Assembly: GCA_019058015.1 (NCBI GenBank)
Contig: JAHLWH010000265.1
Span: forward strand, 1-19,714
From: Promethearchaeota archaeon
Lineage (GTDB): Archaea > Asgardarchaeota > Lokiarchaeia > Sigyniarchaeales > SOKP01
Direction: 5' to 3'
DNA: 19,714 nucleotides
Shown here: one piece after another, positions 9,061-17,822 of the stretch
How positions within the stretch are numbered: position 1 is the stretch's first letter
Layout: every line of letters starts with the position of its first letter
Position numbers and translations under genes: made by a program
The notes under the pieces: model-generated
What the model saw: only the letters and a program-made list of their open reading frames with translations
Databases searched by the model: none
What the model was told of the DNA's origin: nothing

Positions 9061-10230
9061 TTAAGCTTTTAGAGATTTTTGATTCTTCAATTTTTTTCGC
9101 ATTATTCTTTTAAATTCTTTGAAATTCCCAGAACCACCTTGCCCACCAATAAATGTTGGTAAATAAAAATCTAATTTAATTTTATTTAAAGAGACAATAG
9201 TTATAAACAATCCTTTAACATCAAATCGCTTGTAAATATAAGGTAAAAATTTTACATCTTCAAAAAAATCCATTACAACATTCTTTCTTGCACCTTGAAT
9301 CTTTTTATATATGGATATCCATTTCTCATGGTATTTAGGTTCCGCTCCTGCCCCAGGAACCCATTGGATCCCGGTTATTGACGGAATTGCTAATATATCA
9401 TTTAAGTGGGTAAGTGCAAGGGGACCATCTAAATGATAAATTGCATAATCCAAATGCTCAGCTTGAGTAATTATATCTGGTAAAGCAAATTGTTTAAACC
9501 ATTTGGGGGATAACATTACACTAAAATCACATTGAATAGGATACCAACGTTTAGGACACCATATATTCATCCAACTATTGCATCCATCTCCATATTGTTC
9601 GATAATTGTTTGGAGATCATCATAAATTTTTAAGGTTTTTTCTAGAATTATAGCCCGACAAGTATCAATAATATTTGGACTACGTTTCATAGCAAGTATT
9701 AAATTTTCAGGTCTCAAAAAGGAGGATAGAATATCTAAAATACCTCCAAGATCGGTCATTGTAATAGAATAATCCTTACCTGCTCGTTTAGCCGCGTATT
9801 CTGTGATTCTGATAAGTCGGGCATACCATGGATTATTCATATTGATTTGAACGCTTTCCAGTAAAGGGACGATTTCTTCAATAGAAGTAGTTTTATTAAA
9901 CCATACGGTTTGAGACATAAACTTAGGTTCAATACCAAAAATTGATGCCATAATTCCAGCTCCATAATTAGGAAAAAATGTAGGAATAGCATCTCCCCCA
10001 AAATATAATTTTTTTGATACTTTTTCAAAATCATCTAAACAAGGACCGATATCATCCCAATTTTTTGCTAAACACCAAGGAATAAAATATTCAATTATTT
10101 CCTCAACTAAAAATTTTTCATTTAATCGAGGATGCCAATAACCAATACAAGGACGATCAAGTATTTCATGATCCCACCATGCTTTTAAGCGTTCCTTAGC
10201 TTCATTAATATCTTCTTTAAAAATACTCAT
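9061..10230 (-). CDS. Uroporphyrinogen decarboxylase / MtaA-CmuA-like TIM-barrel protein
   Basis: ERLKAWW, DLGGILDIL..LR, QCDFSVMLSP..F..F..P, YHLDG, IQWVPGAG. Confidence 0.7.
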   Translation of the reverse strand: MSIFKEDINEAKERLKAWWDHEILDRPCIGYWHPRLNEKFLVEEIIEYFIPWCLAKNWDDIGPCLDDFEKVSKKLYFGGDAIPTFFPNYGAGIMASIFGIEPKFMSQTVWFNKTTSIEEIVPLLESVQINMNNPWYARLIRITEYAAKRAGKDYSITMTDLGGILDILSSFLRPENLILAMKRSPNIIDTCRAIILEKTLKIYDDLQTIIEQYGDGCNSWMNIWCPKRWYPIQCDFSVMLSPKWFKQFALPDIITQAEHLDYAIYHLDGPLALTHLNDILAIPSITGIQWVPGAGAEPKYHEKWISIYKKIQGARKNVVMDFFEDVKFLPYIYKRFDVKGLFITIVSLNKIKLDFYLPTFIGGQGGSGNFKEFKRIMRKKLKNQKSLKA

Positions 10231-10245
10231 CTTTCCTCATAAAAT

Positions 10246-11433
10246 TTATACATATTCTATAGTTCCAGGAGGTTTTGGAGTAACATCATAATATACATAT
10301 TTTGTTTCAGAAATTTCAAGTAATTTATTTTTAATCTGATTTATCAAATCTATTGGCAAATTTGTAACGCTTGCTGTTCTTGCGTCTTTACTGTTAATAC
10401 TTCGGATTATTACATCATACCGTCCTTTTTGATTGCAACCAAGTTCAAAAAACATTCTAGCATATCCTTTAATTTGCGCTGCTATCTTTGTAAGTTTTTT
10501 ATAATCCCAATTTCCCTTTACACATAATGGAACTTCATAAGATCTTTTACCATCAACTATCCCAGTGACTTTTTTATTAAGAACATCTTCACTAATTGCT
10601 GCAAACGCTTGGAATGGTTCTTGTTCTCCAATTTCGTTAATTATCATTGATTTCCCATATTTTTCTACATAATAATTATCAACACGAGTTTCTACAATGT
10701 CATGAACCTTTTTTTCAAAGTCTAAATTATCAAGAGTTACTGGCCCTATAATTCTTGCTGAAAGTGCAGGTCCAGGAAATGCTTTCCGATATATTATTTC
10801 TTGAGACATATTAAGATATTCAAGAACCTTTCGAACTTCTGGTTTCGTTAGACTGGCTACGGGCTGAATAGTTGCATCAACATCGTATTCAATTTCCACA
10901 TTATGCTGACTTTTTATAAATCCTTTGATATTTTTTTTTTTCAATACATTCTCTTCTTCTATAGACATTGTTTCTTTTAAGTCTGTGATTTTTACTCCAA
11001 AACTTTCTTCAATATCTGGAAGAATAGTACCATCGGCGAGTAAATCGCAATTCTCCTTATCTATAACTTTACTTATGGTCTCTGAGTATGCATTTTTGAA
11101 TAACTTTCTTTTTACTTCTGCATCGCCCTTACCTATAATTTTAGGGAGAAATTTCTCCCGAATATCTAAAATAATTGTATCAGGAAAAGTTTTCTTAATA
11201 TACTCTCTTTCTTCTACGCCTTTAATTATTCTCATTAGTCCATGATCAATAAAGACTGGAATCACATTGATTTTCGCTTTTTTAAGTAGAAGATATGTGG
11301 CGGAACTATCGACCCCTCCAGATAGTGCGCAAAAGACTTTTTTTTCCTTTGCATGTTTTTGTAAAAATTGAACAGCAGCATCTACAAAATTCTCAGGTTC
11401 GTGAGGTGCATTTATTAAGCGATGGTTTAACAT
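10246..11433 (-). CDS. guaAB: GMP synthase, ATP pyrophosphatase subunit (subunit B)
   Basis: PP-loop ALSGGVDS, DHGLMR, GTILPD, IKSQHNV, KPEVR, FPGPALSARI, YDVTPKPPGTIE. Start either ATG 11433 or 11478. Confidence 0.85.
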   Translation of the reverse strand: MLNHRLINAPHEPENFVDAAVQFLQKHAKEKKVFCALSGGVDSSATYLLLKKAKINVIPVFIDHGLMRIIKGVEEREYIKKTFPDTIILDIREKFLPKIIGKGDAEVKRKLFKNAYSETISKVIDKENCDLLADGTILPDIEESFGVKITDLKETMSIEEENVLKKKNIKGFIKSQHNVEIEYDVDATIQPVASLTKPEVRKVLEYLNMSQEIIYRKAFPGPALSARIIGPVTLDNLDFEKKVHDIVETRVDNYYVEKYGKSMIINEIGEQEPFQAFAAISEDVLNKKVTGIVDGKRSYEVPLCVKGNWDYKKLTKIAAQIKGYARMFFELGCNQKGRYDVIIRSINSKDARTASVTNLPIDLINQIKNKLLEISETKYVYYDVTPKPPGTIEYV

Positions 11434-11537
11434 AGCGTATTTAATGATGTAAGATTTAATTAACTTTTGGATTATCATTAAAAAAATTATTAAAATTTTA
11501 TGGAGAATCTAAGCTAAGTAAACAATTTTATTTTAAA

Positions 11538-11975
11538 TTAATCTATTAACATTGAATCGGGTAAAATCCATACTGGTGGATCTTTTCGAAGTCCTTTTTT
11601 TTTTAAAGATTCAATTTTTCTCTTATAATTTTTATAAAAATCCTGTCCTAATAAGCAAATTCCTTCATCTATTGCATCTAAGATCAATACAATGCCTTCA
11701 ATAAACATTGTATCGAACTCTTTAGGAGTATAACAAAAAGCGTCCAAACCAAGTTTACGGTTATGTTTCTCGTAAATTATACTAGAACGATTAATAAATT
11801 TCTCTTTAAAATCTCCTATAAATATTAAATCTATGTCGCTATGAGGTAGAAAATCCTCTCTAACTCGAGATCCAAATAAGATTACACAATCTAAGGAGAT
11901 AGAATGTTTAATTTCTTTAATAAAATTGCTAAGATAATTTATTACATCTTCATTTTTTACAATTTTTTTTGAAAT
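11538..11975 (-). CDS. Minimal nucleotidyltransferase (MNT) antitoxin; longer than the ORF-track call, probable ATT start
   Basis: Frame is open from 11978: IISKKIVKNEDVINYLSNFIKEIKHSISLDCVILFGSRVREDFLPHSDIDLIFIG...GLDAFCYTPKEF; the GS...SDID motif lies upstream of the first TTG (11747). Confidence 0.85.
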   Translation of the reverse strand: MSKKIVKNEDVINYLSNFIKEIKHSISLDCVILFGSRVREDFLPHSDIDLIFIGDFKEKFINRSSIIYEKHNRKLGLDAFCYTPKEFDTMFIEGIVLILDAIDEGICLLGQDFYKNYKRKIESLKKKGLRKDPPVWILPDSMLID

Positions 11976-12366
11976 AATTCATCTCCTCTTCTACATAATT
12001 AATAATTCTTTCTGCTTGTTTTATGTAATGTTGAGCTTCTTCCTTATTATATGCTTTATGAGGTACAATTCCTGGCAATGAATCTGGATATCTGGTTGTA
12101 ATATATTGTTTATCAAGACTGAGTGCTTCCTTTTCTACGCTACTAATTTGGCGATTTTTTATTTCCTTATATTTTTCCAATAAAGTAGTTATTGAGTGCC
12201 CCCATCCATTTAAATTACAAGAAAATAATAATGCTTTTACTGCCTTTTCTGATGCTTGTTGAGAATGAAACACAGCGGTATTATATCTTTGATTTTTCAA
12301 CAATATTTTTGCATTCTCAAGATCCCAATACGCGTCATTAAGCCAATTTTCTACTATTTTCTTCAT
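11950..12366 (-). CDS. HEPN domain protein (HEPN-MNT module)
   Basis: A..DL..A, FHSQQASEKAVKALL, GHSI..LL, LDKQYITTRYPD; overlaps MNT gene. Confidence 0.9.
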   Translation of the reverse strand: MKKIVENWLNDAYWDLENAKILLKNQRYNTAVFHSQQASEKAVKALLFSCNLNGWGHSITTLLEKYKEIKNRQISSVEKEALSLDKQYITTRYPDSLPGIVPHKAYNKEEAQHYIKQAERIINYVEEEMNYFKKNCKK

Positions 12367-12517
12367 GAAATCTCTTTTTATTTTGATCTAGTTCCTTTTA
12401 AACTAAATAATAATAATCGCATATATAATATAACTTTATTATATAAGTAAAGATAAAAAAAGAATGAATTAAAGTTCTGATTAAAAGGGTAGATTATTTA
12501 ATCTTTTATTCAAATCT

Positions 12518-14692
12518 TTAAATTATATCAAATTTCCCTTCTACAATATTAATATTTGTATCACTGTATCCAGGTTGGCACCCACCTACAGTTATAAATA
12601 TTTCACCTGGCTGAATAATCTGTTCTCCATTCTCATTAAATATTGAAAACTGCTCTGGTAAAAGTATAAATGAAACCGTTTTTCTCTCTCCTTTTTTGAG
12701 GGTAATTCTTTTAAAACTTTGAAGTTCTCGAATTGGAGCTTCAGATGAGATCGATCCTTTATTCAAGTAGAGTTGTACAACTTCATCACCTAATCGGTCT
12801 CCAATATTTTCTATATCTGCACTAATAGTGATTTTTTCATCAATTTTCACTTTACTTGGAGAAATCTGGAGATTGCTATATTTGAATTTCGTATAACTAA
12901 GACCAAAACCGAAAGAAAATAATGGTTCATCTTTAAAATATCGATATGTTCTCCCTACCATACTATAATCGCGAAAGCCGGGTATTTGGTTGATTGATTT
13001 ATAAAAAGTCACGGGTAACCTTCCTGCGGGGTTATAGTCTCCAAAAATCACATCAACTAAAGCTGTACCACCTTCTTCGCCAGGATACCATGTTTCTATA
13101 ATGGCAGGAATATTTTCTTTCGCAAAATTCACAGATAATGCACTACCACTAGTTAATATTAGGATAATTGGTTTGCCGATATTGTGTATTTCCTTTAAAA
13201 GTTCTTCTTGAATTTCTGGTAAATTTAAATGGATTCGATCTCCTCTTAAATCTGATTCTACTGCCTGACCTTCTTCACTTTCAATGCGTGGTGATATACC
13301 CAATACCATAATAACTACATCGGATTTTTTAGAAATCTCAATTGCCTCATTAAAACCATCTGTAGATTTTTCTTTAAGAGGACATCCTTTTGCATAATAG
13401 ACTTCAGTCTCAGGTGACGCAACATTTTTAATTCCTTGAAGAGGTGTCGTGTATTTAGATGGAATACCATTATAATTCCCAAGGAGTACATCTAAATTAT
13501 CAGCATTAGGTCCAATTATGGCTATTGATTTAATATTTTTGTTTAAGGGAAGTATATTATTTTCATTTTTCAATAACACAATCGATTCTCTTGCCGCTTT
13601 TCGAGCAAGATCCTTATGTTTTTCACAGTCATTCACTTCCAAAGGTATTTGTGCATATGGAACAATCTCTGGTGGATCAAACATGCCGAGCCTAAATCGT
13701 GCGTTAAAGAGGCGTTTAATTGATTTATCAATGATATCTTCTGTAAGTAATGCTTTTTCTACCGCTCCCTTTATCCAATCCCATACAATCCTTTTACTTC
13801 GTTTGGTTCCAATCCCAATGCAGCAAAAAAGGTCACAACCCCCATTAAGTGCCATTGCCACCGCTTCCTCGGGAGAGACGACAACTTTATGAAACTTAAA
13901 AATATCTGAAATTGCACCACAATCAGAAACAACATATCCATCAAAATTCCATTTTTTGCGCAAAATATCCTCTAATAATAATTTACTTCCACAACATGGT
14001 TCTCCATTGACTCTATTATAGGCTCCCATAATAGAAAAGGCTTTACCTTCTTGTATACAAGCTTTAAAAGCGGGGATATATGTTTCATAGAGATCCTTTT
14101 GACTAATTTTTGCGTCAAAATGATGACGCTCCGATTCCAACCCACTATAAGCAACATAATGCTTAGGTGTTGCAACTAATTTCAAATATTTCGGATCATT
14201 TCCTTGGAGCCCTTTAATAAAAATTACTCCCATCCTTGACGTGAGATAAGGATCTTCGCCATAAGTCTCTTGACCTCGCCCCCATCGAGGATCTCTGAAA
14301 ATATTTATATTCGGACTCCAAAAAGTAAGACCTTGAAATATTTTTCTTTGGTTTTTTCTTACTGCTTCATGATGTTTGGCTCTAGCTTCATCAGATATAG
14401 CTGTTGCCACCTGACCCATTAATTGAGTGTTCCAAGTAGCTGCTAAACCAATTGCCTGAGGAAATACAGTTGCAGTCCCAGAAAAACCAACTCCGTGCAG
14501 ACATTCATTCCACCAGTTATATTTAGGTATTTTCAGCCGGTCAATTTCTGGAGCATCGTTTAATAACTGTGAAATCTTTTCATCAAGGGTCATTCTTGCT
14601 ACTAAATCTTCCACTCTCTTTTCAATAGGTTGAGTATAATCAAGGTAAAGTGCTTTATTCATTTCATTCTTTTTTTCCATAAATTTTTTCAC
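12518..14692 (-). CDS. Glycoside hydrolase family 3 (beta-xylosidase/beta-glucosidase) with C-terminal Fn3-like domain, no signal peptide
   Basis: WWNECLHGV, FPQAIGLAATW, WSPNINIFRDPRWGRGQETYGEDP, KHY, VVSDCGAI nucleophile, ESIVLLKN, NPAGRLPVTFY, FGFGLSYT. Confidence 0.95.
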   Translation of the reverse strand: MKKFMEKKNEMNKALYLDYTQPIEKRVEDLVARMTLDEKISQLLNDAPEIDRLKIPKYNWWNECLHGVGFSGTATVFPQAIGLAATWNTQLMGQVATAISDEARAKHHEAVRKNQRKIFQGLTFWSPNINIFRDPRWGRGQETYGEDPYLTSRMGVIFIKGLQGNDPKYLKLVATPKHYVAYSGLESERHHFDAKISQKDLYETYIPAFKACIQEGKAFSIMGAYNRVNGEPCCGSKLLLEDILRKKWNFDGYVVSDCGAISDIFKFHKVVVSPEEAVAMALNGGCDLFCCIGIGTKRSKRIVWDWIKGAVEKALLTEDIIDKSIKRLFNARFRLGMFDPPEIVPYAQIPLEVNDCEKHKDLARKAARESIVLLKNENNILPLNKNIKSIAIIGPNADNLDVLLGNYNGIPSKYTTPLQGIKNVASPETEVYYAKGCPLKEKSTDGFNEAIEISKKSDVVIMVLGISPRIESEEGQAVESDLRGDRIHLNLPEIQEELLKEIHNIGKPIILILTSGSALSVNFAKENIPAIIETWYPGEEGGTALVDVIFGDYNPAGRLPVTFYKSINQIPGFRDYSMVGRTYRYFKDEPLFSFGFGLSYTKFKYSNLQISPSKVKIDEKITISADIENIGDRLGDEVVQLYLNKGSISSEAPIRELQSFKRITLKKGERKTVSFILLPEQFSIFNENGEQIIQPGEIFITVGGCQPGYSDTNINIVEGKFDII

Positions 14693-14765
14693 TAAAAATA
14701 TTTGTATAAATATGCGAGCTATATCTAATTTCAGTTTAGAAATAAATTTTTTAAATTTTTATTTG

Positions 14766-16106
14766 TTAATTAAACATTTCCATAAAAGCCCCGAGTCTTG
14801 TTTTCACTTGTTCGATGTTTTCTCCAATTTTATTGAAAGTTAAAGCAGTAGTAGGAATCTCAAGCTCTGATCTAACTTTTTCTCGTAGCATAGTATATGG
14901 ATTTGAAATTGAGTGGCATCCAAAGAGTTGGATAAATATTAAGCCGTCGACATTCATTTTCCTTGCAACTCTAATATAAGAATCGGTCAGGGCATTATTA
15001 TCACAACCAACGCCCTTTGTTGTAATGTCCATCAGGTATTTAGCATAATTTTCCGCTGGATCAGAATAAGTATTAACCTCAACATTTTCCAAAGCCCCTA
15101 ATATTTCCCAATCAGCATAAAGAAGTCGACCTCCCATTCTATATATTAAATTGTGAGATTCTGGTTCCCAACCTCCAAACATGGGAGTTAAAAGAATTCT
15201 GGGTAGATTTGACACATCCTTTCCAATTTTGTTTTTTATTCTTTCTTTCATTTCTTTGACAAGATTTCTAAAATTATTCAAATATGTCTCAGCATTAGAA
15301 TTAAAATCCTGAAATGATATGCTCAAAAGGGCGAGAATTTCAGAAAAGGTAGCAGGGTTGCAAGGGTAAAAATCAGAATTACTTATTTCATAAATAATTT
15401 CTCTGTACAATTCTCTACATTCGTTACTTATTCTAAACTGTTTTCTAAGGTCATTATCTGTGATCGTATTTCCAGTTAATTTTTCTAATTGGACAATAGT
15501 ATCTTTTACGTTTTCCGTGCAAATTTCCAAAGAATTACCAATATTTCTTGGGGGAATGTCTAACCAGATTAAATTATCACTAAATCGCTTTAATGATTCA
15601 TAATATTTGTTAAAGGCACTACACCTTATTATAACATTTAAGTTTGCGTCTAAATTGTTATGTCTTGATGAATGCATGCCATAAAGCGATTTAATTCCAT
15701 AACAAAAGTCATTGGAAACCCCTTCTTCAATCCCTAAGTCATACATTTTATTATATTTATAGTTTAGTGAGTTAATCACGTCATCTATTATTCCGTCAAA
15801 GACTTTAAGAAAATCAAATTTTCTTATAAATCCTAAAAAATTCGAGACTGCCTTCCAACCAAAAAGACCTGATGCCGAATTTAATGCCTCTAAATATATA
15901 TTAACTTTAAATTTCTCCAATCTTATCGGAAAAATAGGAATTGCTTTTGCTGCAAATACTAAGTCACTAAAGGGGAACACAACTGAAATTAATTTCTTTC
16001 CTTTTCTATTAGATTTAATGTTGAATTTCTGTCCGGAATGCAAAAAATCATAAGACATTTTTAACATTGAAGTAAAATTTATAACATCATCCGTCATTAA
16101 ACTCAT
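14766..16106 (-). CDS. 2-hydroxyacyl-CoA dehydratase family subunit (HGD-D; HgdAB/FldBC/BcrBC-like)
   Basis: Three dispersed Fe-S Cys (DFCY, IRCS, FGCH), QLEKLTGNTITD, RILLT, VDGLI, QVKTRLGAFMEM C-terminal signature. Confidence 0.8.
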   Translation of the reverse strand: MSLMTDDVINFTSMLKMSYDFLHSGQKFNIKSNRKGKKLISVVFPFSDLVFAAKAIPIFPIRLEKFKVNIYLEALNSASGLFGWKAVSNFLGFIRKFDFLKVFDGIIDDVINSLNYKYNKMYDLGIEEGVSNDFCYGIKSLYGMHSSRHNNLDANLNVIIRCSAFNKYYESLKRFSDNLIWLDIPPRNIGNSLEICTENVKDTIVQLEKLTGNTITDNDLRKQFRISNECRELYREIIYEISNSDFYPCNPATFSEILALLSISFQDFNSNAETYLNNFRNLVKEMKERIKNKIGKDVSNLPRILLTPMFGGWEPESHNLIYRMGGRLLYADWEILGALENVEVNTYSDPAENYAKYLMDITTKGVGCDNNALTDSYIRVARKMNVDGLIFIQLFGCHSISNPYTMLREKVRSELEIPTTALTFNKIGENIEQVKTRLGAFMEMFN

Positions 16107-17243
16107 TTAAATCATCTCCAAAAATGCTTCAATTCTTGTTGATAATTGTCCATGTGAGGCTCTTGAGTAATCCCTCTCAATATTTAGCACAAAATAATTT
16201 TTTGCTTGTAATTTCTCTTTTAATTGCTCTCTTGGTAAGCTCATATGGTCGCAGAATTTAATTATATGATTAATTACACCGATATTACTTATTCCCAATT
16301 TTTCTTTAAGGTTATTTATGATTGAAACGATTTTTTTAATTTTATATTCCATAAAATTTGGGACTACATGATCAGTATAAGTATTTCTCTTAAACATCTC
16401 TGTTAAAATATCAAATGGATCGTTTTCTTTTTGTTGATCTAACCAATTATCCTCTAATGTTTGTGAGAAATAAACATCTCCAACCCATGTATCTAGAAAT
16501 ATGACATTACCGCCTCCTTCCTCTATAATCTCTATTAAATCATCACCAAGAAATATCGAACATCCCGTTAAAATAACATTTTTCTTATTATTGATTTTGA
16601 TTTGGCTAGCGTTATTAACATTAAAATTTCTCAATTCCAATATTTTTGGTCCATATAATAATGCTTTTTGGTATAATTCCAACTTATCTGAGCCAGAAAT
16701 TTCTAAATATTTTATTTTTGATATTTTTTTACGGAATTTATTATATTTTTCAATACTATTGATAATATCTTCATTTGAAATGGAAGATCCTCTAATTTCT
16801 TCCAACTTTTTCTTAAATTCTATTAACTCTAATCTATAATATTTCAGTCCGTTTTCTGATAAAATATAAGGAACATAAAAATCAATTCTTGGAATATCAA
16901 AATATTTACAAATTATTTCTGAAGAACAAATATCAGAAACGCAGTGATTAGATACAATAAAAAAGTCGATTAAATCAAGAAATCGATATTTATTCGGCTT
17001 TACTGAAAATAAGCCTATAGTACTAAGAGCGAAACTACAAGTTGATGTCGGCAAATAATCCGCGCCTTTATCCATTAATTCGTCGTTTCCCGAAAAGATC
17101 AATCCCAATGGAATAAATCCAGCAGCGTCGATAAGTTCTTCAGGAATATTGTCATGAGACATGTATGCAATTATTTTTTTGCCATTTTCCTTCTCTTGTT
17201 TCAAGGATTCATAGTACTCAAGAAAAAATTCTAAATCTACCAT
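16107..17243 (-). CDS. 2-hydroxyacyl-CoA dehydratase family subunit (HGD-D)
   Basis: GKKII, IPEELIDAAG, YLPTSTCS, NHC, KFCD, IERDY, GQLSTRIEAFLEMI; stop codon abuts start of partner gene. Confidence 0.85.
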   Translation of the reverse strand: MVDLEFFLEYYESLKQEKENGKKIIAYMSHDNIPEELIDAAGFIPLGLIFSGNDELMDKGADYLPTSTCSFALSTIGLFSVKPNKYRFLDLIDFFIVSNHCVSDICSSEIICKYFDIPRIDFYVPYILSENGLKYYRLELIEFKKKLEEIRGSSISNEDIINSIEKYNKFRKKISKIKYLEISGSDKLELYQKALLYGPKILELRNFNVNNASQIKINNKKNVILTGCSIFLGDDLIEIIEEGGGNVIFLDTWVGDVYFSQTLEDNWLDQQKENDPFDILTEMFKRNTYTDHVVPNFMEYKIKKIVSIINNLKEKLGISNIGVINHIIKFCDHMSLPREQLKEKLQAKNYFVLNIERDYSRASHGQLSTRIEAFLEMI

Positions 17244-17314
17244 TTGAATTATAAAATTAAGTTCAATAAAAAAGGTTTTTGAAAATAAAATGAATATGAA
17301 AAGTATGCAATTAA

Positions 17315-17455
17315 TTATTTTAATTTAAGAACTAATTCTGCAAAATATTCAAAATCTCGATTATATGTCTTTTCTGCTTCTAGTGAAATTTTGGCAAACA
17401 CACAGCCCGGTAATTGATTATATTTAAGATGATATTCTATGCATTCACAACATCG
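17315..17455 (-). pseudogene. 5'-truncated DUF6485-like small Cys-rich protein
   Basis: Not in ORF track. RCCECIEYHLKYNQLPGCVFAKISLEAEKTYNRDFEYFAELVLKLK*; CCEC..YH....QLPGC.F and EKTY.R match my recollection of DUF6485; in-frame TAG at 17468-17470 and no start codon upstream of CCEC. Confidence 0.7.
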
Positions 17456-17676
17456 AAAAGCGATTTCCTATTATTATGGTCGGAAGAAAAGCAGATCTCA
17501 TTCAGAAACGGGCAATTCAGAGCGAAGACGCTATTGAGATAGCAAAAAAACAAAAATTTATTGGGTTTATTGAATGTTCCTCCAAAACATGAGAAAATGT
17601 AGAAAAAATATTTATTACATTAACTAATACAATAATGAAAGAAGCAGGTTTAATCCAAGATAATATTTTGTTATAA
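17456..17676 (+). pseudogene. 5'-truncated Ras/Rab-like small GTPase with internal TGA
   Basis: Not in ORF track. KRFPIIMVGRKADLIQKRAIQSEDAIEIAKKQKFIGFIECSSKT*ENVEKIFITLTNTIMKEAGLI: G4 (GRKAD) and G5 (ECSSKT[G]ENV) present, G1-G3 absent, TGA at 17590-17592 at the conserved Gly. Confidence 0.85.
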
Positions 17677-17752
17677 ATTCTTTTCTAAATCAGAAAAATT
17701 AAACTAATAATGGATGTTATTCGTATTATTAAGATTTATTCCATCGATAATT

Positions 17753-17769
17753 AAAAAAAAGAAAAAAAA
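17753..17769 (-). terminator. Oligo-T tract, probable archaeal terminator of the histone gene
   Basis: T8-C-T8 on the minus strand about 55 nt downstream of the histone stop codon. Confidence 0.4.
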
Positions 17770-17822
17770 TTGGTTATTATTTATTCCTCCGCTTGAAAGA
17801 AAATTCTAAAACATAAGATTTA

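Noticed and set aside
11538-11747. 69-aa hypothetical protein as called in the ORF track
   Set aside because: It is only the C-terminal half of the MNT protein; the catalytic motif lies upstream in the same frame.
4728-12366. Defence island or integrated mobile element spanning both toxin-antitoxin modules
   Set aside because: The modules are over 6 kb apart, separated by metabolic genes, with no integrase, att sites or evident compositional shift.
5737-16839. Overlapping ORFs 5737..5946, 8164..8400, 9837..10034, 10925..11245, 12256..12450, 13518..13892, 13972..14175, 16501..16839
   Set aside because: Antisense or alternate-frame to conserved genes, with no recognisable domain.
14766-17243. 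Benzoyl-CoA reductase / aromatic degradation cluster
   Set aside because: Family membership alone does not distinguish it from dehydratases, and no ATPase subunits or ring-cleavage genes are present in the window.
17590-17592. In-frame TGA read as selenocysteine or as glycine (alternative code)
   Set aside because: It aligns to the G5 glycine rather than a Cys, the gene lacks its 5' half, no SECIS-like hairpin is evident, and TGA ends intact genes here (3380, 4120, 5129, 7802).
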